Position numbers and translations under genes: made by a program | Virus record (IMG/VR): IMGVR_UViG_3300025600_000019 | Location: 7,366-71,365 of that record | Strand: one strand, 5' to 3' | Length of the DNA stretch: 64,000 nt | Origin: a virus | Taxonomy: Duplodnaviria; Caudoviricetes | The notes under the pieces: model-generated | Databases searched by the model: none | Seen by the model: the letters and a program-made list of their open reading frames with translations, nothing else | What the model was told of the DNA's origin: nothing | Part shown: piece by piece, positions 27,915 to 36,914 of the stretch | How the letters are laid out: every line of letters starts with the position of its first letter | Numbering within the stretch: the stretch's first letter is position 1

Positions 27915-29474
27915 TCATGGCACTTTGATTATTTTTTGAATCTGCAAAGACAATTTATACCCTGTAGCCAGGCAATATTCCACAGTACGAGCAACATTCT
28001 TTTGATTTTTTTCAATATCCTTCTCGTCGAGGGGTTGAAGAAACACACTTATAGCACCCTTTGGTGGTATTGGACATTCCATTTCATCAGAAATTAAATA
28101 TTTCCATGCATACACAAAAGGAATTATACGAGGATCAATGCATCCCTCCTTTGGAGAACACACAATGGTTGTTGCATCAAATGGGAATCCTGGACGAAAA
28201 ATAGAACCATTAGTTTCAATCTGCACCACAAAATTGTTGGTTGTCAGATATGTTACCAAACAGGAAAAGTCCTGCAAAAAGGGTTCTCCTCCTGTAATAA
28301 CAATTAAACGGGTTGGAGCTTTAGGGCTGTATGTTTCCATAATTATCCTAAACAATTCTTCTTGCTCCAGTTCAAAATTCACTTTCTGATGCTTGGTGTC
28401 ACAGTTATGAACCCACATGTAATCTAGCATATACGAATTATATGGCTCGCATGTCAAATTGTAGACTTTCATCGGTTTTGGTCGCGTGGATTGATGTGGA
28501 AATTGTTGCATATTCGTACGATCATAGCTCTTGATTTCTTCGACTGCAAAACCATTGGAAAGAATCTGTCGCATGTCGGCTGTCACTTCAAAGCTCTTTC
28601 CGTCAGATCGGTTATCGTTAATCCAGAAATTGAGTCCACGTTTATGAACCTGGCTATGACATTTATGGCATATTGTCGTAAGATTTTGTGGGTCATCATT
28701 ATCATGGATGCCGTCAAGATGATGCACCTCTAGCTTTTTTATCTCCAGACAGCGTTTGCACGGCATATCGCCTGCTTTAGCGCACACTGTTTTTAATGCC
28801 TCAAAATTTGGAAGATTTGAGCCACCTTTCCAATTTGGATTTTTTTCACCCATTTTTGATTCTGAAAATGCGGCAGAGACTCGATCTTTTTGCTCTTGCG
28901 ACATTCGCGACCATGGATGCAAATATGTTCCATTCTTTATCTTTTCTTGTAGTGTTGCACTTAATGTTTGACCCATTGCAACGTAATCCGTATTAGCTGC
29001 CGACCGCGATGCGATTTCCGGATTCTTCATTGGATTCTTGTCTGCCTGCATTCGATACGACGCAGTCTGTGAAGGAGTGCTATGATAAATCATATCGCCT
29101 ATTTGCAATTCTGCGGCAGATTTTAAACCACTCGTAGTAAAGAATGGGTGCTCTGGTGTCACAAAATAAACGATTCCATTTATTTTTATGCGCAGCCATT
29201 TATTGACTTCTCTTGTCATTGTGTTTGTGACAGTAGTTTCAACAAGATTAAAGGCTTCGTCATACGTCAGCAAAACGTCGCCCTTCTGAATCGCCGTTAA
29301 TTTCTTTTTTGGCCCATTTGCCATAAGAATATCGGGTTTTCTCCGACCTGCAGGCACTCCGAAACAGAAAGGACATTTTAAATTGCATCCTGCAAAACGA
29401 ATAAATAAAGCTGGATAACCAGAAAAAGGACCTTCTCCCTGGAGGGAGTGAAATATCTCATTGATTTTTAACAT
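27915..29474 (-). CDS. queE: 7-carboxy-7-deazaguanine synthase (radical SAM), intein-interrupted (198-aa extein)
   Basis: IFHSLQGEG..FIRFAGCNLKCPF|intein|CDT, VITGGEP, IETNGS and CSPK. Confidence 0.95.
   Translation of the reverse strand: MLKINEIFHSLQGEGPFSGYPALFIRFAGCNLKCPFCFGVPAGRRKPDILMANGPKKKLTAIQKGDVLLTYDEAFNLVETTVTNTMTREVNKWLRIKINGIVYFVTPEHPFFTTSGLKSAAELQIGDMIYHSTPSQTASYRMQADKNPMKNPEIASRSAANTDYVAMGQTLSATLQEKIKNGTYLHPWSRMSQEQKDRVSAAFSESKMGEKNPNWKGGSNLPNFEALKTVCAKAGDMPCKRCLEIKKLEVHHLDGIHDNDDPQNLTTICHKCHSQVHKRGLNFWINDNRSDGKSFEVTADMRQILSNGFAVEEIKSYDRTNMQQFPHQSTRPKPMKVYNLTCEPYNSYMLDYMWVHNCDTKHQKVNFELEQEELFRIIMETYSPKAPTRLIVITGGEPFLQDFSCLVTYLTTNNFVVQIETNGSIFRPGFPFDATTIVCSPKEGCIDPRIIPFVYAWKYLISDEMECPIPPKGAISVFLQPLDEKDIEKNQKNVARTVEYCLATGYKLSLQIQKIIKVP
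28404..29366 (-). mobile_element. Intein (321 aa) with HNH homing endonuclease in queE
   Basis: Starts CFGV..ILMANG, block B VTPEHPF, NPNWKGG, HNH EVHHLDG..NLTTICHKCHSQVH, ends WVHN with +1 Cys. Confidence 0.92.
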
Positions 29475-29476
29475 AA

Positions 29477-29875
29477 TTATTTACACTCCCATTCTGCGTA
29501 ACTCGTATCTGTTTCCCATACCTTGACTGATTCACATTCCAAAGATTCACCTATGTATTTTGCCATGTTTTCAGCAGTTGGTATCTCTGGGAATAATTGA
29601 AGATTGATTCCAGGAACATTTTGCAATATAGGTACCAGCGGATCTAATTCATAGAGCAGCAGGGAATGATCCCATTTCCCAATATGGAATTCCATGATGC
29701 TCTTCAATTTGCTAAAATCCATCACCATACCAGTTACTGAGTTTACACGGCCTTCGAAACCACATACCGTTACTTGAAAACGATAGGAATGCCCATGGAT
29801 GTTCTGACATTTCCCTGGATGATTGTGCAACCGGTGTGCAATCTCAGCCGTAAATTCTTTTGTAATTTTAATCAT
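29477..29875 (-). CDS. queD: 6-carboxy-5,6,7,8-tetrahydropterin synthase
   Basis: AHRL..KCQNIHGHSY, DFSKLK, WDHSLL, PTAENMA and VWET. Confidence 0.95.
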   Translation of the reverse strand: MIKITKEFTAEIAHRLHNHPGKCQNIHGHSYRFQVTVCGFEGRVNSVTGMVMDFSKLKSIMEFHIGKWDHSLLLYELDPLVPILQNVPGINLQLFPEIPTAENMAKYIGESLECESVKVWETDTSYAEWECK

Positions 29876-30024
29876 AATTTACCTCCTAGGGTGTATCCTA
29901 ATGTTATTGTGAAGATTAAAGCACAACCAATAAAAGTGGGAGGTGCCGGGATCGGGATGCTGTACGCTCGACAAAAGAAACCCAAACTAAAAGCAAATAA
30001 AAATCCAGAAAATAATTTTATCAT
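29872..30024 (-). CDS. 50-aa two-TM membrane protein, XapX/DUF1427-like (not in the ORF track)
   Basis: MIKLFSGFLFAFSLGFFCRAYSIPIPAPPTFIGCALIFTITLGYTLGGKL*, with the PAPP hinge between two hydrophobic helices. ATGA overlaps with both dnaB and queD. Confidence 0.6.
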   Translation of the reverse strand: MIKLFSGFLFAFSLGFFCRAYSIPIPAPPTFIGCALIFTITLGYTLGGKL

Positions 30025-31583
30025 TTCCCCCTTCCTTTTCGTACTGTTTTATATTGCCAATAGCTTGCAACAACAGGCTTCCCCATTTCTAAACATTGAA
30101 GAACCACCACCTGTTGGTTTGGATTTGCTTTCCCCTCACGTATCCCAGCGGACATTGGAGCCACTCGCATTAAACCTTCCTCATTTTCTTCATCAGTTTG
30201 GTTCAGTGAAAAAAAAGCGGTTACATGTGCCAATTTTCGTTTATCTTCTCCAACATGTTCACCTGTGCTTGTTTCAGCCTTTGCATCCATCCAGTTCCTT
30301 TGTGTGACTACCACCACCAAAGCATGTCGTTGTTGACTCAATCTCCTTATTGCTTTCCATCTTTCATTTTCCTGCTCTCGTTTGTCAACAGTTCTTGAAT
30401 CTTCTGGTAGCATGATATCTGGATAATCAAGGAAGATCACTCTTGGGACAAACCCATCCTGAGCTTCCCACAAGTCTAGCATTCTTTCAATGCTCTTGAC
30501 GTTCATAGTTGAGTTTGGATGCACTGACAACTTGAAACGTCCTATGTGGTGACGATCCTCCCATCGTTTGGTAATCTTGAATGCCTCTTTCCAATTCAGA
30601 GGTTCAACAGCTTTCCTTTTCTCCCACCATGTAGCACCTTTAAAGGTTTTTAATTTCATGCACTCATGACAAACTTTGTGAGATTCCATTAATTCATCTA
30701 CTACATTTTCAAACAGTTGCCCTTTTTCGTCTCTGACTGTTTCCTTATTCAGATTTCCATGAGGGCATTTCATTTGTTGATTATTCATGCAGTCAAGCAC
30801 AGGAACATTTAACTCCATGCAATAACGTGGGTCATTGCTTTTCCCTGAGTATTGCACTCCTTGTCTAACTCGATATTCATCCTCAGTTAAATCTCCAAGT
30901 TGGAACATTGCTACATTGTTATGATCTTGGAGAGCATATTTTTTGAGCTCCATCATCAACCAAGTTTTACCAATCTTTTCTCTACCAAGAAAGGCCATAA
31001 ATCCACCAGGGATGAAATGCGGATTAAGCATCTGACCTAATGCTCCAGGTAATTTGAAAAGTGGCTCCGCTCTTGATTCGAATGCAAGTCTGAATCCTTC
31101 CTGATCACAGAATGGTAAACCACAGATTTTCATTCGTTCTGGTATTTTGTAACTTGTGGCAAGGTGTTCTGCTTCCTCCAGATTACCCTGAGAGAGTGCA
31201 GATTCCATATCCTCAATTCGACATTTAAGTCCCCGCTTACGAAACAATATCTCAGTTTCTTGGAGTAAATAGTTCACATTGAACTTTTCTGATTGTTCAT
31301 ACTTTTCTGACAAATTTGCCAAAAACTGTTCAATTGTATCCGCGGTATTGTCGTCTAGTCCGTCTCGTTGTTTGGAATGAAAAATATCCTGAATTTGTTG
31401 CATAGGAGCAATTTGGTACTCCTTGAAGTATTCAATACACCAGTTAGCAACAATCACAGCAAAGGGTGCTTTGAAATATTCTGGGTGGTACATGTCCAAA
31501 ATTGCTTTTAGATAATTTGTGGATACAATCATCCCTGTAATAATTTGGGTATCAAGGGAGCTGTCCACTCGTTTAGTTTTCAT
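30021..31583 (-). CDS. Replicative DnaB-like (SF4) helicase
   Basis: GREKIGKT Walker A, IFLDYPD Walker B, VVVVTQ and KRKLAHV. Downstream of the initiator. Confidence 0.85.
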   Translation of the reverse strand: MKTKRVDSSLDTQIITGMIVSTNYLKAILDMYHPEYFKAPFAVIVANWCIEYFKEYQIAPMQQIQDIFHSKQRDGLDDNTADTIEQFLANLSEKYEQSEKFNVNYLLQETEILFRKRGLKCRIEDMESALSQGNLEEAEHLATSYKIPERMKICGLPFCDQEGFRLAFESRAEPLFKLPGALGQMLNPHFIPGGFMAFLGREKIGKTWLMMELKKYALQDHNNVAMFQLGDLTEDEYRVRQGVQYSGKSNDPRYCMELNVPVLDCMNNQQMKCPHGNLNKETVRDEKGQLFENVVDELMESHKVCHECMKLKTFKGATWWEKRKAVEPLNWKEAFKITKRWEDRHHIGRFKLSVHPNSTMNVKSIERMLDLWEAQDGFVPRVIFLDYPDIMLPEDSRTVDKREQENERWKAIRRLSQQRHALVVVVTQRNWMDAKAETSTGEHVGEDKRKLAHVTAFFSLNQTDEENEEGLMRVAPMSAGIREGKANPNQQVVVLQCLEMGKPVVASYWQYKTVRKGRGK

Positions 31584-32439
31584 CTTTTTCCCACCCTCCA
31601 GCATCAGTCATGTGGTGCGTACTTAAAAACTTTGGGGACTTCCCAATGTACTCTTCCTCAGGTTCTTCTTTGGAATTATCATATTTTCCTTCCAAAACTT
31701 TTGTGTAATTATTATCATTTTCAATTATCCAATCAAATGAAACAATCCATTGCTTATCATTTTTACCATGAAGCCATGGAGTCCCTGCTATTTTAATAAA
31801 TAATTTTTTCCAATCATCATAGGTTAATAATTCTTGGATCCGACTTTTCAATTTGTTTTTTCTGACATTAGTTAATTTTGAAATTTGGGGTACTTCTGTT
31901 TCTTTCATAGCTAAATTCCATAATGCTTTAATTCGATCAAAAGAAAGAGAAGTGGTGGAACCACTAAGAGTCTTTCTTTTATTATCATCTTCATTATCAT
32001 CTTTACTATAACTTTTCTTATACCCCCCTATAACTTTTCTTATAGGGGTATATACATTTTCTTCTAGGGGGGTAAGCTGATCATTTTTGGATTGTGCTAG
32101 TTCTCGGTAGTGTTGCAAATAAGTAGGATCAATAAAAATATGTCGTATAATTTCATTGGTATTTACTTGTTGAAGTTCCACAATGATAAAATGTAATTGT
32201 TTTAAGTTGGCAATGCTATTTGAAATTGATTGCCCCCCAACACTTAAAAGAGCACCCAGGTAGTTGTTACTTGCCCAACAACCCTTGGATGTTTGTGATA
32301 AATTGCGTAAAAGTCCAAAAAGTAATTTTTCAGTGCTCGATAGTTCAGGATGAAATAAAACTTCCGCGGAGACACCTATATCTGGCAGACCAGAAAAAGC
32401 CTCTTTTTTATGTGCAATGTTTTGATTCATTTGGTTCAT
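31573..32439 (-). CDS. Lambda O-like replication initiator
   Basis: N-terminal HTH (LSSTEKLLFG..CWASNNYLG..SISNSIANL) and C-terminal SFDWII..NYTKVLEGKYDN. Internal iterons. Confidence 0.78.
   Translation of the reverse strand: MNQMNQNIAHKKEAFSGLPDIGVSAEVLFHPELSSTEKLLFGLLRNLSQTSKGCWASNNYLGALLSVGGQSISNSIANLKQLHFIIVELQQVNTNEIIRHIFIDPTYLQHYRELAQSKNDQLTPLEENVYTPIRKVIGGYKKSYSKDDNEDDNKRKTLSGSTTSLSFDRIKALWNLAMKETEVPQISKLTNVRKNKLKSRIQELLTYDDWKKLFIKIAGTPWLHGKNDKQWIVSFDWIIENDNNYTKVLEGKYDNSKEEPEEEYIGKSPKFLSTHHMTDAGGWEKDEN
32006..32072. repeat. Iteron-like repeats (putative replication origin) inside the initiator gene
   Basis: CTATAACTTTTCTTATA at 32006 and 32028, degenerate copy at 32050 (22-bp period). 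TATACCCC/GGGGTATA dyad. ATTATCATCT x2 just before. Confidence 0.7.
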
Positions 32440-32441
32440 TT

Positions 32442-32669
32442 TTATAATTCCCTAACTTTCAAGTAATCTAATGCATTTTCACTAAGTCTTACTTTTTCTT
32501 TGGACCATCCTAATCCACGCACAATAAATGAGTTACTTAAGTAATTTTTTACATGAGTATGCCGTGTGTATACATAAAACATGTATAGGGACAAAGCATC
32601 AGTTCCATTATCTATGCTTAAACAACGACGAACAACTTCCGCGGGGATGATTAGTGAATTTTCTTTCAT
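32442..32669 (-). CDS. Hypothetical protein (truncated replication-protein-like)
   Basis: 75-aa ORF with GGAGG RBS; first gene of the initiator operon. Confidence 0.55.
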   Translation of the reverse strand: MKENSLIIPAEVVRRCLSIDNGTDALSLYMFYVYTRHTHVKNYLSNSFIVRGLGWSKEKVRLSENALDYLKVREL

Positions 32670-32677
32670 TTTGATAC

Positions 32678-32756
32678 CTCCATGGTATTTAGGTTGAAGC
32701 GGGAGTCAGTTCATGGAGTACTGACCCCCTTTCCCGTTTCGGGCGCGACTCCGAAA
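32678..32756 (-). promoter_or_regulatory. Structured 5' leader with an H-type pseudoknot sequestering the Shine-Dalgarno
   Basis: S1 GGGGGUCAGU/ACUGACUCCC. Loop CUCCAUG pairs with CAUGGAG, which covers the SD. Confidence 0.55.
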
Positions 32757-32791
32757 GCCTCTTTGTAGGGATTTTGCAGTGAAGAACTTTA

Positions 32792-32820
32792 ATTTTAATA
32801 CTAATTTTTTGAAGTTTCAA
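32792..32820 (-). promoter_or_regulatory. Sigma70-like promoter TTGAAA-17-TAAAAT
   Basis: Reverse complement of 32792-32820, about 120 nt upstream of the 32669 start. Confidence 0.6.
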
Positions 32821-32961
32821 TTTTATTCTTGCCCAATACAAATTTTGTGAACCTTCTTGCCACTCTGAGGACCTCTACATCGTCCTCGCACGTGACTCCA
32901 TCTAATGCCAATTTTAAACATTCAAAGCGTACATCCGTTTCAGTAAAGTCATTAGTTTCCA

Positions 32962-33888
32962 TTAGTTGTGTCCTCGTAAGTGAATTTCCCTCATAAAATA
33001 GTTAGCATCATCCTGATCTAAATCTCCAGGGTCGCAATCTTTCTCCAGATCACAGATAACAGCCTCTCGTCCTGCGTATTCCAACTTCCATGCAATCTCT
33101 TCCGCGATTAGTTGCGCTTGTGGTTCAGGGTCCAACAAAAGGAATACCCGTTTAAAGCGTTTAATTAATAAATTGATCTGTTGTATGGTGTACCCCAATC
33201 CAAACATCCCTACGGACCCAGGACCGAGTCTCCATGTGTCACTACAGCCCTCAATCAGACAGCAAGTATCTCCTTTTACAAGATCATATCCATAAAGTAC
33301 ATGTTGGTGCGAAATTACTTCTAAACTTTTTTCACAAGCTTTCCAACGATTGTCAAACCCACCAGATACCTTAGGACGGTGTATAATTTCACGTCCTTGA
33401 TATGAGATTAAATTGTTTTCAAAATAGACTGGTACTATAATTCTGTTCTTGTGGTCCCCTATTCTGCCTGTCCCTTGCAACTGATAAATTCTTTCAAGTC
33501 TTTCAGGGTCAAAATTTCTACTAATCAAATAATCGTCATGTTGCTGTTGCATGGGACCAGTTCCTGGGGGCAGTTCCAGTTTTTTAATGTTTGTTGATGC
33601 TATTTCTTTAGGTATGTATGCAGTTCTCCCGTGGTAGTGCTTGATGATTTTATTTGCTTCTGTGTATGAGCAATGCACCAGTTTCTTGATTACTTGTTGT
33701 AGACTTTTACCACGACAAAGCCAGCAGCTGCCATATTCACCTTCAAGATTGATTCCAAGATCATACCCACGGGAACCACCACCACAGAAAGGGCAATTGA
33801 TATTTACCCATCCTTCTCTTGATCGTTCATTGGAATCATCATATTCCAGGTGATTCTCTTTTAAGAACCTTATGGCATCAAATGACAC
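32962..33888 (-). CDS. DNA primase (Zn finger plus TOPRIM)
   Basis: CPFC..CWLC zinc motif, CLIEGCSD, LLLDPE and DCDPGD TOPRIM motifs. Confidence 0.88.
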   Translation of the reverse strand: MSFDAIRFLKENHLEYDDSNERSREGWVNINCPFCGGGSRGYDLGINLEGEYGSCWLCRGKSLQQVIKKLVHCSYTEANKIIKHYHGRTAYIPKEIASTNIKKLELPPGTGPMQQQHDDYLISRNFDPERLERIYQLQGTGRIGDHKNRIIVPVYFENNLISYQGREIIHRPKVSGGFDNRWKACEKSLEVISHQHVLYGYDLVKGDTCCLIEGCSDTWRLGPGSVGMFGLGYTIQQINLLIKRFKRVFLLLDPEPQAQLIAEEIAWKLEYAGREAVICDLEKDCDPGDLDQDDANYFMREIHLRGHN

Positions 33889-33889
33889 T

Positions 33890-34258
33890 TTAAATCTCCT
33901 CAGGTGGTGGCAGAGTTCTTCTTAATGTTAAAGCGGAAACAGTTTCTTCCCAATCGTTATTGTCTGGTTGTTCCACAATTACCTCGGGCTCTTCTCCCTT
34001 ATGTGATGCATTCCAGATTCGTGTATCTTCTCTGCGTCTTAATGTAACAAGTTCATGGTAGTCCTTGTATGCTTTGCAATGCAGATTGTGGCATAGTTTG
34101 TGGCAGATGATTGCATCTTGACACGGAGCACCACAACGATTTTTTACGTCATATGGACAATCGTGTGGGGGGTTTGGTACGCAACCTCCACAAGGGTATT
34201 TGTTTTGACATTTGGAGATTTCTTTAATTTCTTCTGGTGGATTAATTGTTCTTGGCAT
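33890..34258 (-). CDS. Hypothetical Cys-rich protein
   Basis: 122-aa ORF with many Cys, in operon. Confidence 0.5.
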   Translation of the reverse strand: MPRTINPPEEIKEISKCQNKYPCGGCVPNPPHDCPYDVKNRCGAPCQDAIICHKLCHNLHCKAYKDYHELVTLRRREDTRIWNASHKGEEPEVIVEQPDNNDWEETVSALTLRRTLPPPEEI

Positions 34259-34748
34259 GACTATTTCTCTCTTTTAAAAATGTAGTAGTATGGTGTGTCC
34301 ATTATATTGACAAGGATTGCGAGCGAACAGAGTTCCCACCCAAACTCTCCTAAAATATTTAATTCACAAATTAGTAAAGGTTGAGAAGTGAGTTCCTGGT
34401 TATATTCATATTCTTTCATGAACAATCTCCTTTTAATATTTATTACCAATAATGATATGGAGATAAACCTCCACAGTGGATACAAAAAGTTGTTTCTTCT
34501 GTTGTCGTAAATAACCCAAAGCAATGTTTTATTTTTGTGATTTTTGTCACCCATTTATGTTTACAAAGTTCTTTTTTCATGATTGATCTCCTTTTAATAT
34601 TTGTTACCACAACGAACACAACGGGAAGGGTACAATGGGAGCAGAAGTAACCCCCAACCAGCAGTCAGTACGATCATCAAAATTGTTCCAACACCAAGAC
34701 TTCTTTTAAATCCCATTTCCTGTTTACAATTAGGACAATATTTTGTTT

Positions 34749-36284
34749 TCATTTTTTAATCTCCTTTAAAAGTTTTGTGATAAGCATTTTTTCTGAAACT
34801 TCTTTCCCATCCATAACTTTGGTTAGTGTAATGTTTTTGAGGTCTAAAATTTTAGATAAGTGTGCTTCAATTGTATTGTGAGCTATTAAGTACCAAGCAG
34901 TTGCACCATGTAGATCACCAGCGCGCCCATAACACCGATCCTCGGCTTGGTCCATATCTGCGGGAGAATACCAAAGTTCTATGAAGGCAACATGTTCCGC
35001 AGCCGTGAGAGTATTTCCTTCCTTTCCAGATTTGCTTGCAATATAAAGGCGGCACGATAAATCGGGTGTGTACTCAATGCAAGCATTTGGAGTAAATGCA
35101 TGTTTTTCTTTGCGAACTCCACACCGTTTACATTGTTGGAACAGTTGTTTGGCTTGTTCTCTATCTTTTTCATTTGTTCCTCCATCACAACGGACTGCTA
35201 TTTTCCCAAATTCAGACATTAACACGTTTATGGTTTCTTTATGTTCAGCAAAGATCACCATTTTATCAACAGTCTCCAGCATTGACTTTACCCATTGGAT
35301 AACAGCTTTCATTTTTCCTTTTACGGCTAATTGTTTTAATGCTTCAATTTGAGCAAATATGGAATTGCTTTCTTTTCCATTCTCTTCAATCCATGTTTGG
35401 AAGTCGTTTTCTGCTTGTTCGTATTCTGTTTTGTTGTCAAGTTCGAAGGTAATTACTCTCCGCACTTTCGCTGGTAAGTCTTTGAATACATCAGATTTTT
35501 TGCGTCTTATCATCATAGAATTGGTTAATTTGTTGTGTAGTTCAATTTCATTAGATGAACCAGAATAGTCCCAATGCCCTTTGTATCCTTTTTTGGCTCC
35601 GCAATACCTGTGGACATATTTAAAGAATGATGGAAACATTTTATCGTTTATTGCGTTGATGATCGTGAAATAGTCTTTTGGTCTGTTCTTTCCAGGTGTC
35701 GCCGTGATTGCAATTAGTGGAACATGCTTTTCTCTGAGAGCAAGTGCTGCCCAACCACGGATGATTTTCTCTCCACTGATGTAATGTGCTTCATCCCAGA
35801 TGATTGCTTGCCAGTCAGTTTCCCATAGGTCTTGACGAACACAATCCTTACCATTTATGGGTCGCGAAAGAATGTCATAGTTGACAATCACATATTCCGC
35901 CCAGATACTTTGCCATTCAGTGCCGCTGATGATTTGTGTTTGTGAAGATGGAAGCCAAAACTCGATTTCAGTTTTCCAATTCATCTTTAAATTGGCAGGG
36001 CAGATAATGAGTACGGGACGTTTTAATGGGTGCAGGTGCAGCCATGCAAGAGCTTGTACAGTTTTCCCCAACCCTTGGTCGTCGGCAAGCAGCACTCCAT
36101 TACAGAGCCTAATGAATTTATCAATCAGTTGGACTCCTTCCAATTGAAATGGAAGCAAGGGATGTAGGAGTCCTTCTACCTTAAATTGTGAGTCAAACCG
36201 AGAATGTGGAATTGGAGTATCTGACTTTTGATCCACCTTTTTTTTGAGTCTTTGGAGAATCATTTCGCAGCTTCCCATTGACAT
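34749..36284 (-). CDS. SNF2-family (HARP/SMARCAL1-like) helicase
   Basis: LLADDQGLGKT, IIWDEAH, ITATP, EGNTLTAA and QAEDRCYGRAG. Confidence 0.92.
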   Translation of the reverse strand: MSMGSCEMILQRLKKKVDQKSDTPIPHSRFDSQFKVEGLLHPLLPFQLEGVQLIDKFIRLCNGVLLADDQGLGKTVQALAWLHLHPLKRPVLIICPANLKMNWKTEIEFWLPSSQTQIISGTEWQSIWAEYVIVNYDILSRPINGKDCVRQDLWETDWQAIIWDEAHYISGEKIIRGWAALALREKHVPLIAITATPGKNRPKDYFTIINAINDKMFPSFFKYVHRYCGAKKGYKGHWDYSGSSNEIELHNKLTNSMMIRRKKSDVFKDLPAKVRRVITFELDNKTEYEQAENDFQTWIEENGKESNSIFAQIEALKQLAVKGKMKAVIQWVKSMLETVDKMVIFAEHKETINVLMSEFGKIAVRCDGGTNEKDREQAKQLFQQCKRCGVRKEKHAFTPNACIEYTPDLSCRLYIASKSGKEGNTLTAAEHVAFIELWYSPADMDQAEDRCYGRAGDLHGATAWYLIAHNTIEAHLSKILDLKNITLTKVMDGKEVSEKMLITKLLKEIKK

Positions 36285-36565
36285 TCTTCACTACCACCAA
36301 CAAAGTTTTTGCCATTCAAGCAGTCAGTACCAACACATTTCACGAATCCCTGTTTTTCAGCACGATGGAGGAACTTTCGTGTCCAAGAAGGATCATGCCA
36401 TTTTGTTACATATCGAAAGTGTTTTTCAATATCTGAGGTGGGAGATTTGCCTACTAGTTTTAGATAATCTTTTACTTTAGTCATTAGTTCCAGGGTTGAT
36501 ATCATTGATTCCATGATGTTCTCCTTTGGATAGATTATTTTGTTAAGGTTTATGTGGTGTAACAT
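36260..36565 (-). CDS. Hypothetical early protein (possible wHTH)
   Basis: ORF in the small-gene early region; AAAGGAG RBS before MESM. Confidence 0.45.
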   Translation of the reverse strand: MLHHINLNKIIYPKENIMESMISTLELMTKVKDYLKLVGKSPTSDIEKHFRYVTKWHDPSWTRKFLHRAEKQGFVKCVGTDCLNGKNFVGGSEECQWEAAK

Positions 36566-36914
36566 CTGACATGTCGGGAATTATTTTATCAAGAACATGT
36601 TTCCAGTGAATCTGTTGTTTAGTTAAAGGTGGTGCATACAAAGTTTCTACTTGTTTAATTTCTTCTGGTGAGAATGTGTGAGTATTTCCATTTTTGTGAG
36701 GATGTTCCATTGGGATTATTTTTTTAGTTTTTGTGAGCACCTTCGTTTCATTATAAAATAATGTTCTCATTGAATCTCCTTTGGGATTGGAATGTCAGGT
36801 CCGTGAAGAGGAACAAGTAGTTTTACAAGCTGGTGAATTGCTTGTTTCCTCTCAGGGGATCTTTTTGGTAAACGATTAATTTTTAATTTTAAACTAAAGG
36901 GAGACATAAATACC

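Noticed and set aside
32729-32735. GGGAAAG slippery heptamer just 5' of the pseudoknot (programmed -1 frameshift)
   Set aside because: No ORF is translated through the site (the upstream 53-aa ORF stops at 32801) and the spacer to the stem is essentially zero.
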